A stretch of DNA of 64,000 nt from Candidatus Tectimicrobiota bacterium (GTDB taxonomy: Bacteria > UBA8248). The stretch lies in contig JACPUR010000013.1 in NCBI GenBank assembly GCA_016192135.1, positions 204,277 to 268,276 of the forward strand, given 5' to 3'. The notes beneath the pieces are model-generated. The model ran no database searches, was not told the origin of the DNA, and saw nothing but the letters and a program-made list of their open reading frames with translations. Made by a program: the position numbers and the translations under genes. How positions within the stretch are numbered: position 1 is the stretch's first letter; each line of letters opens with the position of its first letter. Below, in pieces: positions 47,357 through 55,847 of this stretch.

Positions 47357-49102
47357 TCAAGCCGCCGCCTCGGAGCGCATCACGTAGCGGCGCGCGGCGA
47401 TCACCACCACGACGAGAATCACCGTTTGAATAAGGCTCAAGACCGCGGTCGCTCCGTACTCGGCCGACTCCCACTGATTGTAAATCTGGACGGAGAGAAC
47501 AATGCTGTCGGTCGTGTACAGGAATATGGAGGAGCCCAGCTCGCGCACCGCCAGGATAAAGAGCAGGATCACGCTGGAGAGGATGCCGGGCCGGGCGAGA
47601 GGGATGATCACCCGGCGGAGAGTCTGCCAGAAGCCCCCTCCGTGGATGCGGCTGGATTCTTCGAGCTCCTTGTGGATCTGAAGGAGGTTCACCCCCGCCG
47701 CGCGCACGCCATCGGGGATGAAGCGTGCGACATAGGCCAAGGCGAGAATCCAAATGGTCCCATAAATCGGCACCGGAAAGGATATCCACGCCCACAGATA
47801 CGCCACGCCGATCACCAAGCCGGGCACCGCGATCGGAATCATGCTCAGGTAATCCAGGCTCTTCCTTCCCGGGAGATCGGTTCTATGGACGCAGTAGGCC
47901 GTGAGGAAGCACAAGATGGAACCCACGATGGCCGCCAAGGCGCCCATCTGAAGGCTGTTCCAAATCGACGCGAAAGCCTGCTCGTGGGTCCAGAGGAAGC
48001 GGAAATGCTGCAGGGTGAGCACATTGAAATCGAACACCGACCAGAAGCTGGGAAAGAACATGAAGCTCCTGAGGCTCAGAAGAAGCAGCGCGAAGTAGGG
48101 AAGCACGACCGTGACCACGAGATAGATTGCGATCAAGGCGACGACGGCGGGCTTCCATCTCCGCAGCCTGAACATCCGCGGCTGGCTCGCCTTTCCGGTC
48201 ACCGTGATGAAGCTCCTCCGGCCGATGACCTGTCTCTGAAGAAAAACACCCACGAGGGTGAGCGCGATCAGCAGGACGCTCACGGAGGCGGCCTTCTCGT
48301 AGGCCGGGGGATTCCCCGTGACCAGGTTGAAAAGGTAGGTCGTCAGAAAGTGGATGTTGGCGGGCACCGCTATCGTCGCCGGAACGGCGAACAGGCCCAG
48401 CGTGATCACGAAGACCAAGAGCGCCGCCGAGAGGATGGGATGAATGATGAGCGGAAACGTCACCCGCCGCACCGTCTCCCACGCGTTCGCCCCGCTGATC
48501 GCGGAGGCCTCCTCCAGAACCGGATCCATCCGCCTGAGGGCGGGCGTCAGGAACATGTAGGTATAGGGGGCGTAATAGACGCCGAGGACGAACCAGATGC
48601 CGGTGAAAGAGTAGATGTTGAGGCGGAAGTCCAGCCCCAGGTCCTTGAAGATGAGGTTCAGGATCCCCGCCCGGTCGCTGGCCAGGGTGGCCCAAGCCAT
48701 GGAGGCGATCAGGGGCGAGACGAACAGCGGCATGATGGCGATGATCTCGATCAACCCCTTGCGTCTGATGTCGGTCCGGGCGACCACCCAGGCGAAGAAA
48801 AGGCCTATCAGCATGGCCAAAACCGCTCCCCCGGCGCATCCCACAAGGCTGTTGTATGTCGCCTTGTAGAGCGAAGCCGTCCCGTACATCTCAATGTAGT
48901 TGCCAAAAGTCAGATGGCTGAAGGCCTGCCCCAAACGGGTAGGCTCGACCGTCGAGAGAGAGCCCAGCAGCAGGATGCCGATGGGGTAGGGAATGAAGAA
49001 GAAAAGGAGGAGGAATATCGGCGCCACGGCCGCCAAGGCGAAGAGGCGGCGGCGCGTTCGATGTGAGGTGACGCCCGCCTGCTGGGGAATGGTCGATTCC
49101 AT
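47357..49102 (-). CDS. ABC fused permease, FbpB-like
   Basis: About 12 hydrophobic segments; MDPVLEEASAISGA; ELEESSRIHGG. Paralogous to 7445-9175. Confidence 0.92.
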   Translation of the reverse strand: MESTIPQQAGVTSHRTRRRLFALAAVAPIFLLLFFFIPYPIGILLLGSLSTVEPTRLGQAFSHLTFGNYIEMYGTASLYKATYNSLVGCAGGAVLAMLIGLFFAWVVARTDIRRKGLIEIIAIMPLFVSPLIASMAWATLASDRAGILNLIFKDLGLDFRLNIYSFTGIWFVLGVYYAPYTYMFLTPALRRMDPVLEEASAISGANAWETVRRVTFPLIIHPILSAALLVFVITLGLFAVPATIAVPANIHFLTTYLFNLVTGNPPAYEKAASVSVLLIALTLVGVFLQRQVIGRRSFITVTGKASQPRMFRLRRWKPAVVALIAIYLVVTVVLPYFALLLLSLRSFMFFPSFWSVFDFNVLTLQHFRFLWTHEQAFASIWNSLQMGALAAIVGSILCFLTAYCVHRTDLPGRKSLDYLSMIPIAVPGLVIGVAYLWAWISFPVPIYGTIWILALAYVARFIPDGVRAAGVNLLQIHKELEESSRIHGGGFWQTLRRVIIPLARPGILSSVILLFILAVRELGSSIFLYTTDSIVLSVQIYNQWESAEYGATAVLSLIQTVILVVVVIAARRYVMRSEAAA

Positions 49103-49117
49103 CGTCCCCGTTCCTCT

Positions 49118-49648
49118 TCAGGAAGCCTGCATCTTCTCCAGGCGCTTCTTCAGGGCGGGAAGGCTCCCTCCCAGCGCGATGATCTCCCGGAGCTCGGCGG
49201 GCAGCGGCTCCGCTTCGTGGACGAGGCCCTGGGTGAGGTTTTCGATCTTGCCCCTTTCAAAATCCACCCTAATCCGGTCACCGTCCGCCACCTTCCCGCC
49301 GATGCCGGCACAGAAGGGGAGCGAGGGAAGGCCCGCCGCGACGAGCATCCGGTAGGTGAAGTGGGGCACGCTCTCCGCAATCAGCCCCAATCCCAGGCCC
49401 GTCATGCCCAAGAGCCCATAGATATGAGGGTTGCCCTGCCCGAACCGCTTCCCGGCCACCACGATGTCGCCCGGCTTCGCGCGCTGCGGAAAGTCCGGGA
49501 TGAGGTTCGTGAACACATGCTGCTTGAGGTATTCGGGGTCCGACACGCGCACGCCCTGCACGAACACCTTGGCGAACTCGATGATGTCGTCGTCCAGGGA
49601 AAGATTGTCCCCGAGCTTCCAGCAGCGGCCTTCCAGCACCCAGTTCAC
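49118..49648 (-). CDS. Aconitase-family small subunit (LeuD-like), copy 2, divergent active-site loop
   Basis: GRCWKLGDNL, KPGDIVVAGKRFGQGNPH, IAES, GDRIRVD, GGSL. Confidence 0.85.
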   Translation of the reverse strand: MNWVLEGRCWKLGDNLSLDDDIIEFAKVFVQGVRVSDPEYLKQHVFTNLIPDFPQRAKPGDIVVAGKRFGQGNPHIYGLLGMTGLGLGLIAESVPHFTYRMLVAAGLPSLPFCAGIGGKVADGDRIRVDFERGKIENLTQGLVHEAEPLPAELREIIALGGSLPALKKRLEKMQAS

Positions 49649-49658
49649 GGCCTCTCCC

Positions 49659-50918
49659 TCAGCCCAGGAACTCGCGCGGATCCGTGATTTTTCCCGTCAC
49701 CGCGGAGGCGGCCACCGTCGCCGCGCTCGAGAGGTAAATCTCCGCCTTGCGGCTGCCCATCCGGCCCACGTCGTTGCGGGTGACGGTGGCGATGCAGGTC
49801 TCGCCGTCCGCCAGAGGCCCTCCCTTGCCGATGGCGCATGGGCCGCATCCGGGCGGGCCGACCAGCGCACCCGCTTCCACGAAAATCTGCATGAGCCCTT
49901 CCCGGATGCAGCGGTCGGCGACCTCGCGGCTGCCCGGCGTCACGATCATCCGGACTCCCGGGGCGACCCGGCGGCCCTTGAGGATGGCGGCGGCCTCCGC
50001 CATGTCCTCGTACTGGTCCGCCGCGCATGAGCCCAGATAGGCCGCGTGGACCGGGATTCCGAGCGTCTCCCGCAGGGGAACCACCTGCTCCGGCCGCGGG
50101 GGAATGGCCACCATCGGCTCAAGCCGGGAAAGGTCGAATCGATGAACGGCCGCGTATTCGGCGTCCAGGTCGCTGGCGAGAGGCTCATGCACCCCCAAGC
50201 CGCGCTCCTCCATCCAGGCGGAGGCCTTGGAATCGAAGGGAACGATAGCGCTCTTGGCGCCCACCTCGATCGGCAGGTTGCAGAGCTTCACCCGGGCGTC
50301 CACGCCGAGGTCCCCGATGGCGCTCCCCCCGTACTCGAACATCCGGTAGTCGGCCTCGTCGGGCCCGATCTCCTTGATGATGAGCGCCGCCGCATCGCGG
50401 ACGGTCACCCCGGGCGGGAATTTCCCTTCGAGCTCGACCCGGATCGTTTCCGGCACGCGGAACCAGTGGCTCCCCGTGGCGAGCACGGCGGGGAACTCGA
50501 ACACCAGGGAGAGGCCGAGGCACCCGAGCGCGCCGTAATTCGTCACGTGGATGTCGTAGGCCAGGACGAGCATGCCCGGCTTCACGAGCCCCAGCTCCAT
50601 CGGGAAGACGTGGCCCTGGCCCCGCCCCACATCGAAGAAGTGGCGGACGCCCCAGCGCTTCACGATGTCGCGGATGTTCTTCGCCCGGTTGGCGATGGCG
50701 ACGGTCTGAGGGATGGTATCGTGGTCGAAGCACACCAGTACGCGGCCGGGGTCCCAAGGGCGCTCGACGCCCACTTGCAGAAGCTGCCGATCGGCTTCGA
50801 CCACGTAAAGATCGTGGATGGTGGCCAGATCGGGCTCGGGATAGACGATGTCGCCCGGCTTCACGACGGAAAGGCCGGAGGCCCGCGCCATGATCTTCTC
50901 GGTGAGGGTCATGCCCAT
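49659..50918 (-). CDS. Aconitase-family large subunit (LeuC-like), copy 2, divergent
   Basis: MGMTLTEKIMARASG, CFDH, WFRVPETI, LGSC, CGPC, RNDVGRMGS. Confidence 0.9.
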   Translation of the reverse strand: MGMTLTEKIMARASGLSVVKPGDIVYPEPDLATIHDLYVVEADRQLLQVGVERPWDPGRVLVCFDHDTIPQTVAIANRAKNIRDIVKRWGVRHFFDVGRGQGHVFPMELGLVKPGMLVLAYDIHVTNYGALGCLGLSLVFEFPAVLATGSHWFRVPETIRVELEGKFPPGVTVRDAAALIIKEIGPDEADYRMFEYGGSAIGDLGVDARVKLCNLPIEVGAKSAIVPFDSKASAWMEERGLGVHEPLASDLDAEYAAVHRFDLSRLEPMVAIPPRPEQVVPLRETLGIPVHAAYLGSCAADQYEDMAEAAAILKGRRVAPGVRMIVTPGSREVADRCIREGLMQIFVEAGALVGPPGCGPCAIGKGGPLADGETCIATVTRNDVGRMGSRKAEIYLSSAATVAASAVTGKITDPREFLG

Positions 50919-51006
50919 CGGCGGTGCCCTTGGAATAAGGCTGGAAGCGGCCGTTCCCGGTAGCTATCGAAACACGGCGGCGCCCGAATAATTCCTCGCT
51001 AAGCTT

Positions 51007-51049
51007 TCTTGATTTTCAAGACCATAGCATTACCCCAAGCCGCGCGCAA
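51007..51049 (-). promoter_or_regulatory. Putative sigma70 promoter with adjacent palindromic operator for the leuC2 to leuD1 operon
   Basis: Minus strand TTGCGC-N17-TATGGT with extended -10 TG, directly followed by the perfect palindrome TCTTGA-N3-TCAAGA (51007-51021). Confidence 0.55.
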
Positions 51050-51180
51050 ATTTGCGGAAAATAGGCGCGTCATTCATCCGGCGTATGCAGGCGGAGGGCG
51101 GGGGGCGTTTGCCGCGCCACGCTTGGACTGATACCGTTCGCTGAACGGTTAACGGCACATGTCTGGGGGCGGGGCCAAAT

Positions 51181-51858
51181 ATGCACCCGAGCGAAATCGC
51201 GCGCCTCCGCGCCGAGCTGAAATCCTACCCGGATATTGTCCGGGGCGAGATCGACGGCCTGACCTGGGAGCAGATGTGCTACGCCGCCCAGGAGCCCGCC
51301 TGGGCGCGCTGGTGCATCGATCTCCAGATCCGCCACATCGCTCTGGTCACCCCCGTATGGCTCTCCCTCCGCGCGGAGGAGGTGCTCCGCCGGGAGGGAT
51401 ACCGCTTCCCCGAGACGGCGGCGGCCATCAAGGGGCTCATCGCCTCGGGGCAGCGCCACGTGCCGCCCGAGATCGCGCCCGCCCGCGCGGGCGTCATCGC
51501 GTTCATGCGGCCCTGGGCGGACCTTTGCTGCGAGATCATCGATCGCGAGGGGGCGGAGGGGCTGGAGAAGCGCACCTTCACCTTCTACACCGACCCGGAT
51601 TGGGTGCGCCCGGGCGACCCGAAGAAGCCGGTGGAGTATCACCGCATCGCCGCGCGGCTCCACCCGGACGGTTTTCGGGAGGACGCGGAGAAGCCGGGCC
51701 TGTTCCACTTCCACATCGGGGCCATCCTGCGCCACATCTGGTGGAATGTGCTGGCCCATCTACGCACCGCCCAGCGGCTCAAGATGCTGCAGGGGCTGCC
51801 CGTCGTCCATGACTTGCCGCGGGAAGGCTATCTCACGCTGCCGGAGTTTTACGCCTGA
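51181..51858 (+). CDS. Hypothetical protein, possibly DinB/YfiT-like four-helix metalloprotein
   Basis: Typical codon usage. DGLTWEQM..W..WCIDLQIRH near the N-terminus and LRHIWWNVLAHLRTAQRLK..GLP near the C-terminus resemble DinB His patterns. Confidence 0.65.
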   Translation: MHPSEIARLRAELKSYPDIVRGEIDGLTWEQMCYAAQEPAWARWCIDLQIRHIALVTPVWLSLRAEEVLRREGYRFPETAAAIKGLIASGQRHVPPEIAPARAGVIAFMRPWADLCCEIIDREGAEGLEKRTFTFYTDPDWVRPGDPKKPVEYHRIAARLHPDGFREDAEKPGLFHFHIGAILRHIWWNVLAHLRTAQRLKMLQGLPVVHDLPREGYLTLPEFYA

Positions 51859-51882
51859 CGGCCGGAAGAATCGCCCTCCGGC

Positions 51883-52539
51883 TCAATCCGTCGTGAACTT
51901 CTTCGCGAGCAGCGGGAAAAGGCCGGCCATCGCCTCCCCTTTCGCCGCGCGCTCTTTCACCTCCTTCTCGATGGCCCGGATCCGCTCGACTTGGCGCTTC
52001 ACCTCGGCGAGCCGGGTCAGCGGAACGGCCGCCACCCCATCGATGTCGGCGACGATGATGTCGCCCGGCTCCACGCGCACCCCGCAGCAGGTGACGGGAG
52101 TGTCCATGGCCACCACCTCCAGGCGCCGCGGGAAGGCCAGGCTCCAAACCGACTTGCAGAACACCGGGAACTTCAGGTCGCGGATGTCCTCCACGTCCCG
52201 CGTCGCCCCGTCGATCACGGCGCCCACCGCCCCGCGCCGGGAGCACACCCCGCTGGAACCTCCCCCCCAGGCGGCGAGCGGGGAGCCTGCCGCGTCCACG
52301 ACCATGACGGCCCCTTTGGGGATGACGTCCACCACGTCGTAGAGGCTGTAGGGAGCCTTCACCCCTGGGGTGCGGACGGGCGCGAAGACCATTGTGGCCG
52401 CCGGGCCCGCGAACCGCGGATATGTCTCCGGCACGACGGGGCGGGGCCCTTCCATGATGAGGTTCAGCCCGAGCGCCGTCGCGGCGTCCGCCAGCGTGGC
52501 CGTGGCGACGCCCGAAAAGAAATCCGCATCCACGCTCAT
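51883..52539 (-). CDS. RraA-like / 4-hydroxy-4-methyl-2-oxoglutarate aldolase family protein
   Basis: TATLADA, FAGPAAT, AAWGG, GAVIDGATRDVEDI, GVRVEPGDIIVADIDGV. Confidence 0.9.
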   Translation of the reverse strand: MSVDADFFSGVATATLADAATALGLNLIMEGPRPVVPETYPRFAGPAATMVFAPVRTPGVKAPYSLYDVVDVIPKGAVMVVDAAGSPLAAWGGGSSGVCSRRGAVGAVIDGATRDVEDIRDLKFPVFCKSVWSLAFPRRLEVVAMDTPVTCCGVRVEPGDIIVADIDGVAAVPLTRLAEVKRQVERIRAIEKEVKERAAKGEAMAGLFPLLAKKFTTD

Positions 52540-52609
52540 CGGAGCCTCCTCCCGCCTTGGCGCACCCCGCCCCTGGATGCCGCCCCCGTTTGTCCTTCCT
52601 GCACGGCGA

Positions 52610-53995
52610 TCAGTAGGTCAATCCGCCGAATCCCTCGAAGAAGCGCGCGAGGAACTTCTCCGATCGCAGCAGGCCCTCCACCTGGCAGTACTCATTCGCC
52701 GCGTGCTTGCGCATGGCATTGCAGGGAAGCCCCCCGATCCAGGGGATGCCCAATTCTTCGGTCCAGAGCGCAACCGGCATCCCCGCGGGATGGACGGGCC
52801 AGACCTCGGGGTCCGCCCCCATCTCCTTGTGGGCCCGAAGGAAGCACGCGATGAGAGGGTGTTCCGGCGAGGTGGCGCCGCCGGCATAGTGGTTGTTCAC
52901 GACGAACTCGATGTCCCCGAAACCGCCCTCCTCGAGAATCCGGCGCACGTTCTCGATGCGCTCGTCCGGGTCCTCGCCCGGCAGAAAGCGCATGTTCACC
53001 ACCGCCTGGGCCTCGGAGGGGATGCTCACCTTGACGGATTTCCCCTCCCCGATGAACCCCGCCTGGAGGCCGATCAGGGTGAACTCGGGGCGGAAGAGGT
53101 GCGCGCGCACCGCCGCATGGAAGTCGTCCTGACGAAACCGCTTCACCCCCAGGCTCCGCCTCAGCCGTTCGGGATCCATGCGCTCGGAGAGCCGGCGGCA
53201 GAGCCTCTCTTGGACCGGGCTCGGCATCCAGCCCTCTCCGCGCTCGTAGATCTCCTCGAGGCGCTTTTCAAGATAGGCGACCGCCTCGACCAAGCGGTCG
53301 GCGGGGTTTCCGATCCAGTTGCTGTTCAGGGCGTGGATCTCGTTGCCGATGGGGCCGCCCCACTCGCCCGGCCGGCAGAAGAGCCTTCCCATGAGGTTGC
53401 CCTTCAGGCCGAGAGGGACGATGGGGGTGCCGTCGGTCTGGGCCATCGGGCAGAGCCAGTAGGCGGCGTTCGCCCGTTTCATCTTTTCCTTGTAGCGCGG
53501 AAAGAAGTCCTTGAGCCCGCCGCTTCCCAGCTCCGAGGCCTCGTGGACGAACATGAGATTGAGCGGGAGCTTTTGGCCCGCGGCGCGGGCGGCGTACACG
53601 GTGTTCATGACGCCGGCGATGCCCGTCTTCATGTCCTCTGCGCCCCGGCCGACGATGCAGCGGCCCAGGCCGTCGAGCTGGTGTATCCGCGGCTCGAAGG
53701 GCGGGTTCAGCCAGCCCGGCTCCTCCGCCGGGGTCACGTCGTAGAGGCCGTGGCAGAGCAGCGTCCGCGGCGCGCCTTCGTCAATCAGGCCGAAGACGAC
53801 GGGGAACTCGGCGGTCTCGACCACCTCGGCCGTCCCCCCCACCTCGCGGATTTCCCCGGCGAGCATCTCCGCCATCTCGCGGTTGCCCCAGTCCAGGGCC
53901 GACACGCTCGGCTGCCGGATGTAGTCCAGAAGGCGGCGGACGTGGCTGTCTTCGAAATCCCTTTCGATTTGAGCGACTACGCGATCGACTTTCAT
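52610..53995 (-). CDS. M20-family hydrolase homologue with altered metal/catalytic motifs
   Basis: IRQPSVS, HGLYDVTP, PPFEP, GRGAEDMK, EASELGS, KHAANE. ATG 53995 after GGAGGAG. Confidence 0.85.
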   Translation of the reverse strand: MKVDRVVAQIERDFEDSHVRRLLDYIRQPSVSALDWGNREMAEMLAGEIREVGGTAEVVETAEFPVVFGLIDEGAPRTLLCHGLYDVTPAEEPGWLNPPFEPRIHQLDGLGRCIVGRGAEDMKTGIAGVMNTVYAARAAGQKLPLNLMFVHEASELGSGGLKDFFPRYKEKMKRANAAYWLCPMAQTDGTPIVPLGLKGNLMGRLFCRPGEWGGPIGNEIHALNSNWIGNPADRLVEAVAYLEKRLEEIYERGEGWMPSPVQERLCRRLSERMDPERLRRSLGVKRFRQDDFHAAVRAHLFRPEFTLIGLQAGFIGEGKSVKVSIPSEAQAVVNMRFLPGEDPDERIENVRRILEEGGFGDIEFVVNNHYAGGATSPEHPLIACFLRAHKEMGADPEVWPVHPAGMPVALWTEELGIPWIGGLPCNAMRKHAANEYCQVEGLLRSEKFLARFFEGFGGLTY

Positions 53996-54006
53996 CCGCT
54001 CCTCCC

Positions 54007-54318
54007 TCAAGGGATCATCAAGCCGAGCAGCGGGCCGTGCTGCTGGGCGCCGTAGACATCGCGGTCGCCCGGCGCGCCCGAGGTGGGCCCGGTTCGCGGT
54101 ATGGTGATCTTGATGGCGCGGGCCGCGTCGAACTGGATGATCCGGACCTCCTCGGCCTCGACGCCATAGAGCGCGGCCACGGCGCCGGGCGTCAGGGCCT
54201 CGCTGCCGGCCACCCGCCTGTAGGTCCCCTCATCGGCGAAGAGCAGATCCAGGGTTATATAGAGGGGCCCCGCGTTCTTGCTCCGCAGGACTTCCGCCAG
54301 GTCGTAGAGGCGATCCAA
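54007..54318 (-). CDS. DUF4387-family small protein
   Basis: LYDLAEVLRSKNAGPLYITLDLLF...AIKITIPR..SG..GDRDVYGAQQHGPL. TTG start at 54318. Confidence 0.85.
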   Translation of the reverse strand: MDRLYDLAEVLRSKNAGPLYITLDLLFADEGTYRRVAGSEALTPGAVAALYGVEAEEVRIIQFDAARAIKITIPRTGPTSGAPGDRDVYGAQQHGPLLGLMIP

Positions 54319-54326
54319 GCCCCCCC

Positions 54327-55691
54327 CTAACCCACCCGCTCGAACTCGACCGCGAAGGGAGCGCCCGCGTCCTCGAGCTCGATGAGATGGTAGATGTGGA
54401 ACTCGTAGACCGGGCCGCCCCGGAAATCCGAGGGCGAAAAGGGAAAGGCCAGGTTGCCGGCCGTCGCCTTGCGCCCTTCGAAGCCGCAATGAAGGTAGGT
54501 GCTGCGCGTGAGGGACAGAACGGCGTCGGCCGTGGCTTGGTCTTTGGCGATGGCCTCCATCACGAGCCCCACCTCATGCGCCGTCCTCGGACCCTCGGGG
54601 CCCGGGCGGCCGAGCACGCCGTCGCGGCCGTAGTAGACGAAGCGCAGCTCATAGTCCTCGGGCGCGAGGCTGCCGCGCAGCATGTCCGCCACGGTTTCCC
54701 GCACCCGCTCCTCCACCTCGTCGAGCCGCCGCAGCAGGCTCGGGTCGGTCATCCCCGCCACCGCGATGGTGCGCCAGCCGCGCAAGCGGACGCCCTCGAG
54801 TTTGATCGTGGGCCGCTGAGCGGCGACGAAGCGGCCGCCGCTCACCCGCACCCGCCGGTCGTCGAGCTGTTCGAACTCGGTCGCCTTCAGGTCCACCATG
54901 CCCTCAGGCTCGTAGAAGAGGTAGGGATCGGGCTGCTCGTACATCATGTGCGCGGCCACGGAGTTGGGCGTCAGCCGCTTGCCCATGTTCATGGGTTCGA
55001 GCTCGAAGTGGTCCTTCCGGAGCGTGCCCAGAATGCAATCGTTCGCCCCGATGGGAAGGGCGCATTGCGCGCCGCACTCGATGATCTTCGACATGTGGAA
55101 GGCGAGCCCCAGGTCGTAACCCCGCATGGCGGCGAACGCGGTGTAGATCGCCGTGTCGCAGGAGCGGCCCGCCAGGACGACGTCCGCCCCGCCCTCCAAT
55201 GCGCGGATATACGGCGTCAGGCCCATCTGGCCCACGATGCGCACGCTCTCATCCACGGCCTCTTCGGTGAGAGCCGGGAGCTTGCCCAGAGAGCGCGTGC
55301 GGCCCTCCCGGATGGCCTTCTTCACGAACTCCTTGTCCATCTCCGAGCGGATGATGGCGAGCCTGAACTTGAGGCCGTCGCGCCTGGCGAGCTGGTGCAT
55401 GACGCCGAGGACGGCATCCACGTGAGGATTGCCTCCCGCCGTTCCCGCCGAGCCGATGAGGTAGGGGATGCCCTTCCGGCGGGCGGCGCGGAGGGAGAGG
55501 CCCAGGTCGCGGACGATCTGCTCGCGCCGGGTGAGCTGCTCGCCGCTGCCCAGATAATAGGGCCCCGCGTCCGTGGAGCCGTTGTCGGCCCCCATGTAAT
55601 GAGGATCGCGCGCGATCCCGTTCTCAAGCGAAGAAACCGGGAACCCATAGCCCAGGTTCCCGCAGACCGAGAGGACACGCAGCTCGTCCAT
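54327..55691 (-). CDS. Acyclic terpene utilisation AtuA-like (DUF1446) family protein
   Basis: GNLGYGF, DNGSTDAGPYYLGSG, IGSAGTAGG, VGQMG, LAGRSCD, KIIECGA, SVAAHMMYE, TAGNLAFPFSPSD. Paired with DUF4387. Confidence 0.85.
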   Translation of the reverse strand: MDELRVLSVCGNLGYGFPVSSLENGIARDPHYMGADNGSTDAGPYYLGSGEQLTRREQIVRDLGLSLRAARRKGIPYLIGSAGTAGGNPHVDAVLGVMHQLARRDGLKFRLAIIRSEMDKEFVKKAIREGRTRSLGKLPALTEEAVDESVRIVGQMGLTPYIRALEGGADVVLAGRSCDTAIYTAFAAMRGYDLGLAFHMSKIIECGAQCALPIGANDCILGTLRKDHFELEPMNMGKRLTPNSVAAHMMYEQPDPYLFYEPEGMVDLKATEFEQLDDRRVRVSGGRFVAAQRPTIKLEGVRLRGWRTIAVAGMTDPSLLRRLDEVEERVRETVADMLRGSLAPEDYELRFVYYGRDGVLGRPGPEGPRTAHEVGLVMEAIAKDQATADAVLSLTRSTYLHCGFEGRKATAGNLAFPFSPSDFRGGPVYEFHIYHLIELEDAGAPFAVEFERVG

Positions 55692-55728
55692 CGGGCGCTC
55701 TCCATCAAAGCATCCGGTGAGATGAAAG

Positions 55729-55756
55729 AGACTATCAGATCCCCGGCACGCGGCAA
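55729..55756 (-). promoter_or_regulatory. Putative sigma70 promoter for the AtuA-like operon
   Basis: Minus strand TTGCCG-N16-TAGTCT with extended -10 TG, about 40 bp upstream of ATG 55691. Confidence 0.4.
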
Positions 55757-55847
55757 AACAGGGAAATTCGCGCGCAATTGCCCTCGCCGGCTCCGGCTCG
55801 GGCCTTACGTCCGATGCCGGCCGGTGGGCCCGCGGCGCCGGGGGAAG

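Noticed and set aside
43988..49066. 1692-aa plus-strand ORF
   Set aside because: Four real minus-strand genes happen to share one frame register, and GC-rich codon usage avoids TTA/CTA/TCA, leaving the antisense frame open. No recognisable motifs.
43314..50918. Calling the aconitase-family genes leuC/leuD of leucine biosynthesis
   Set aside because: No leuA or leuB, the context is catabolic and transport-related, and the active-site motifs are altered.
54320..54327. Poly-G/C tracts (also about 12881-12888) as phase-variation sites
   Set aside because: Only 8 nt, expected in a high-GC genome; reading frames are intact.
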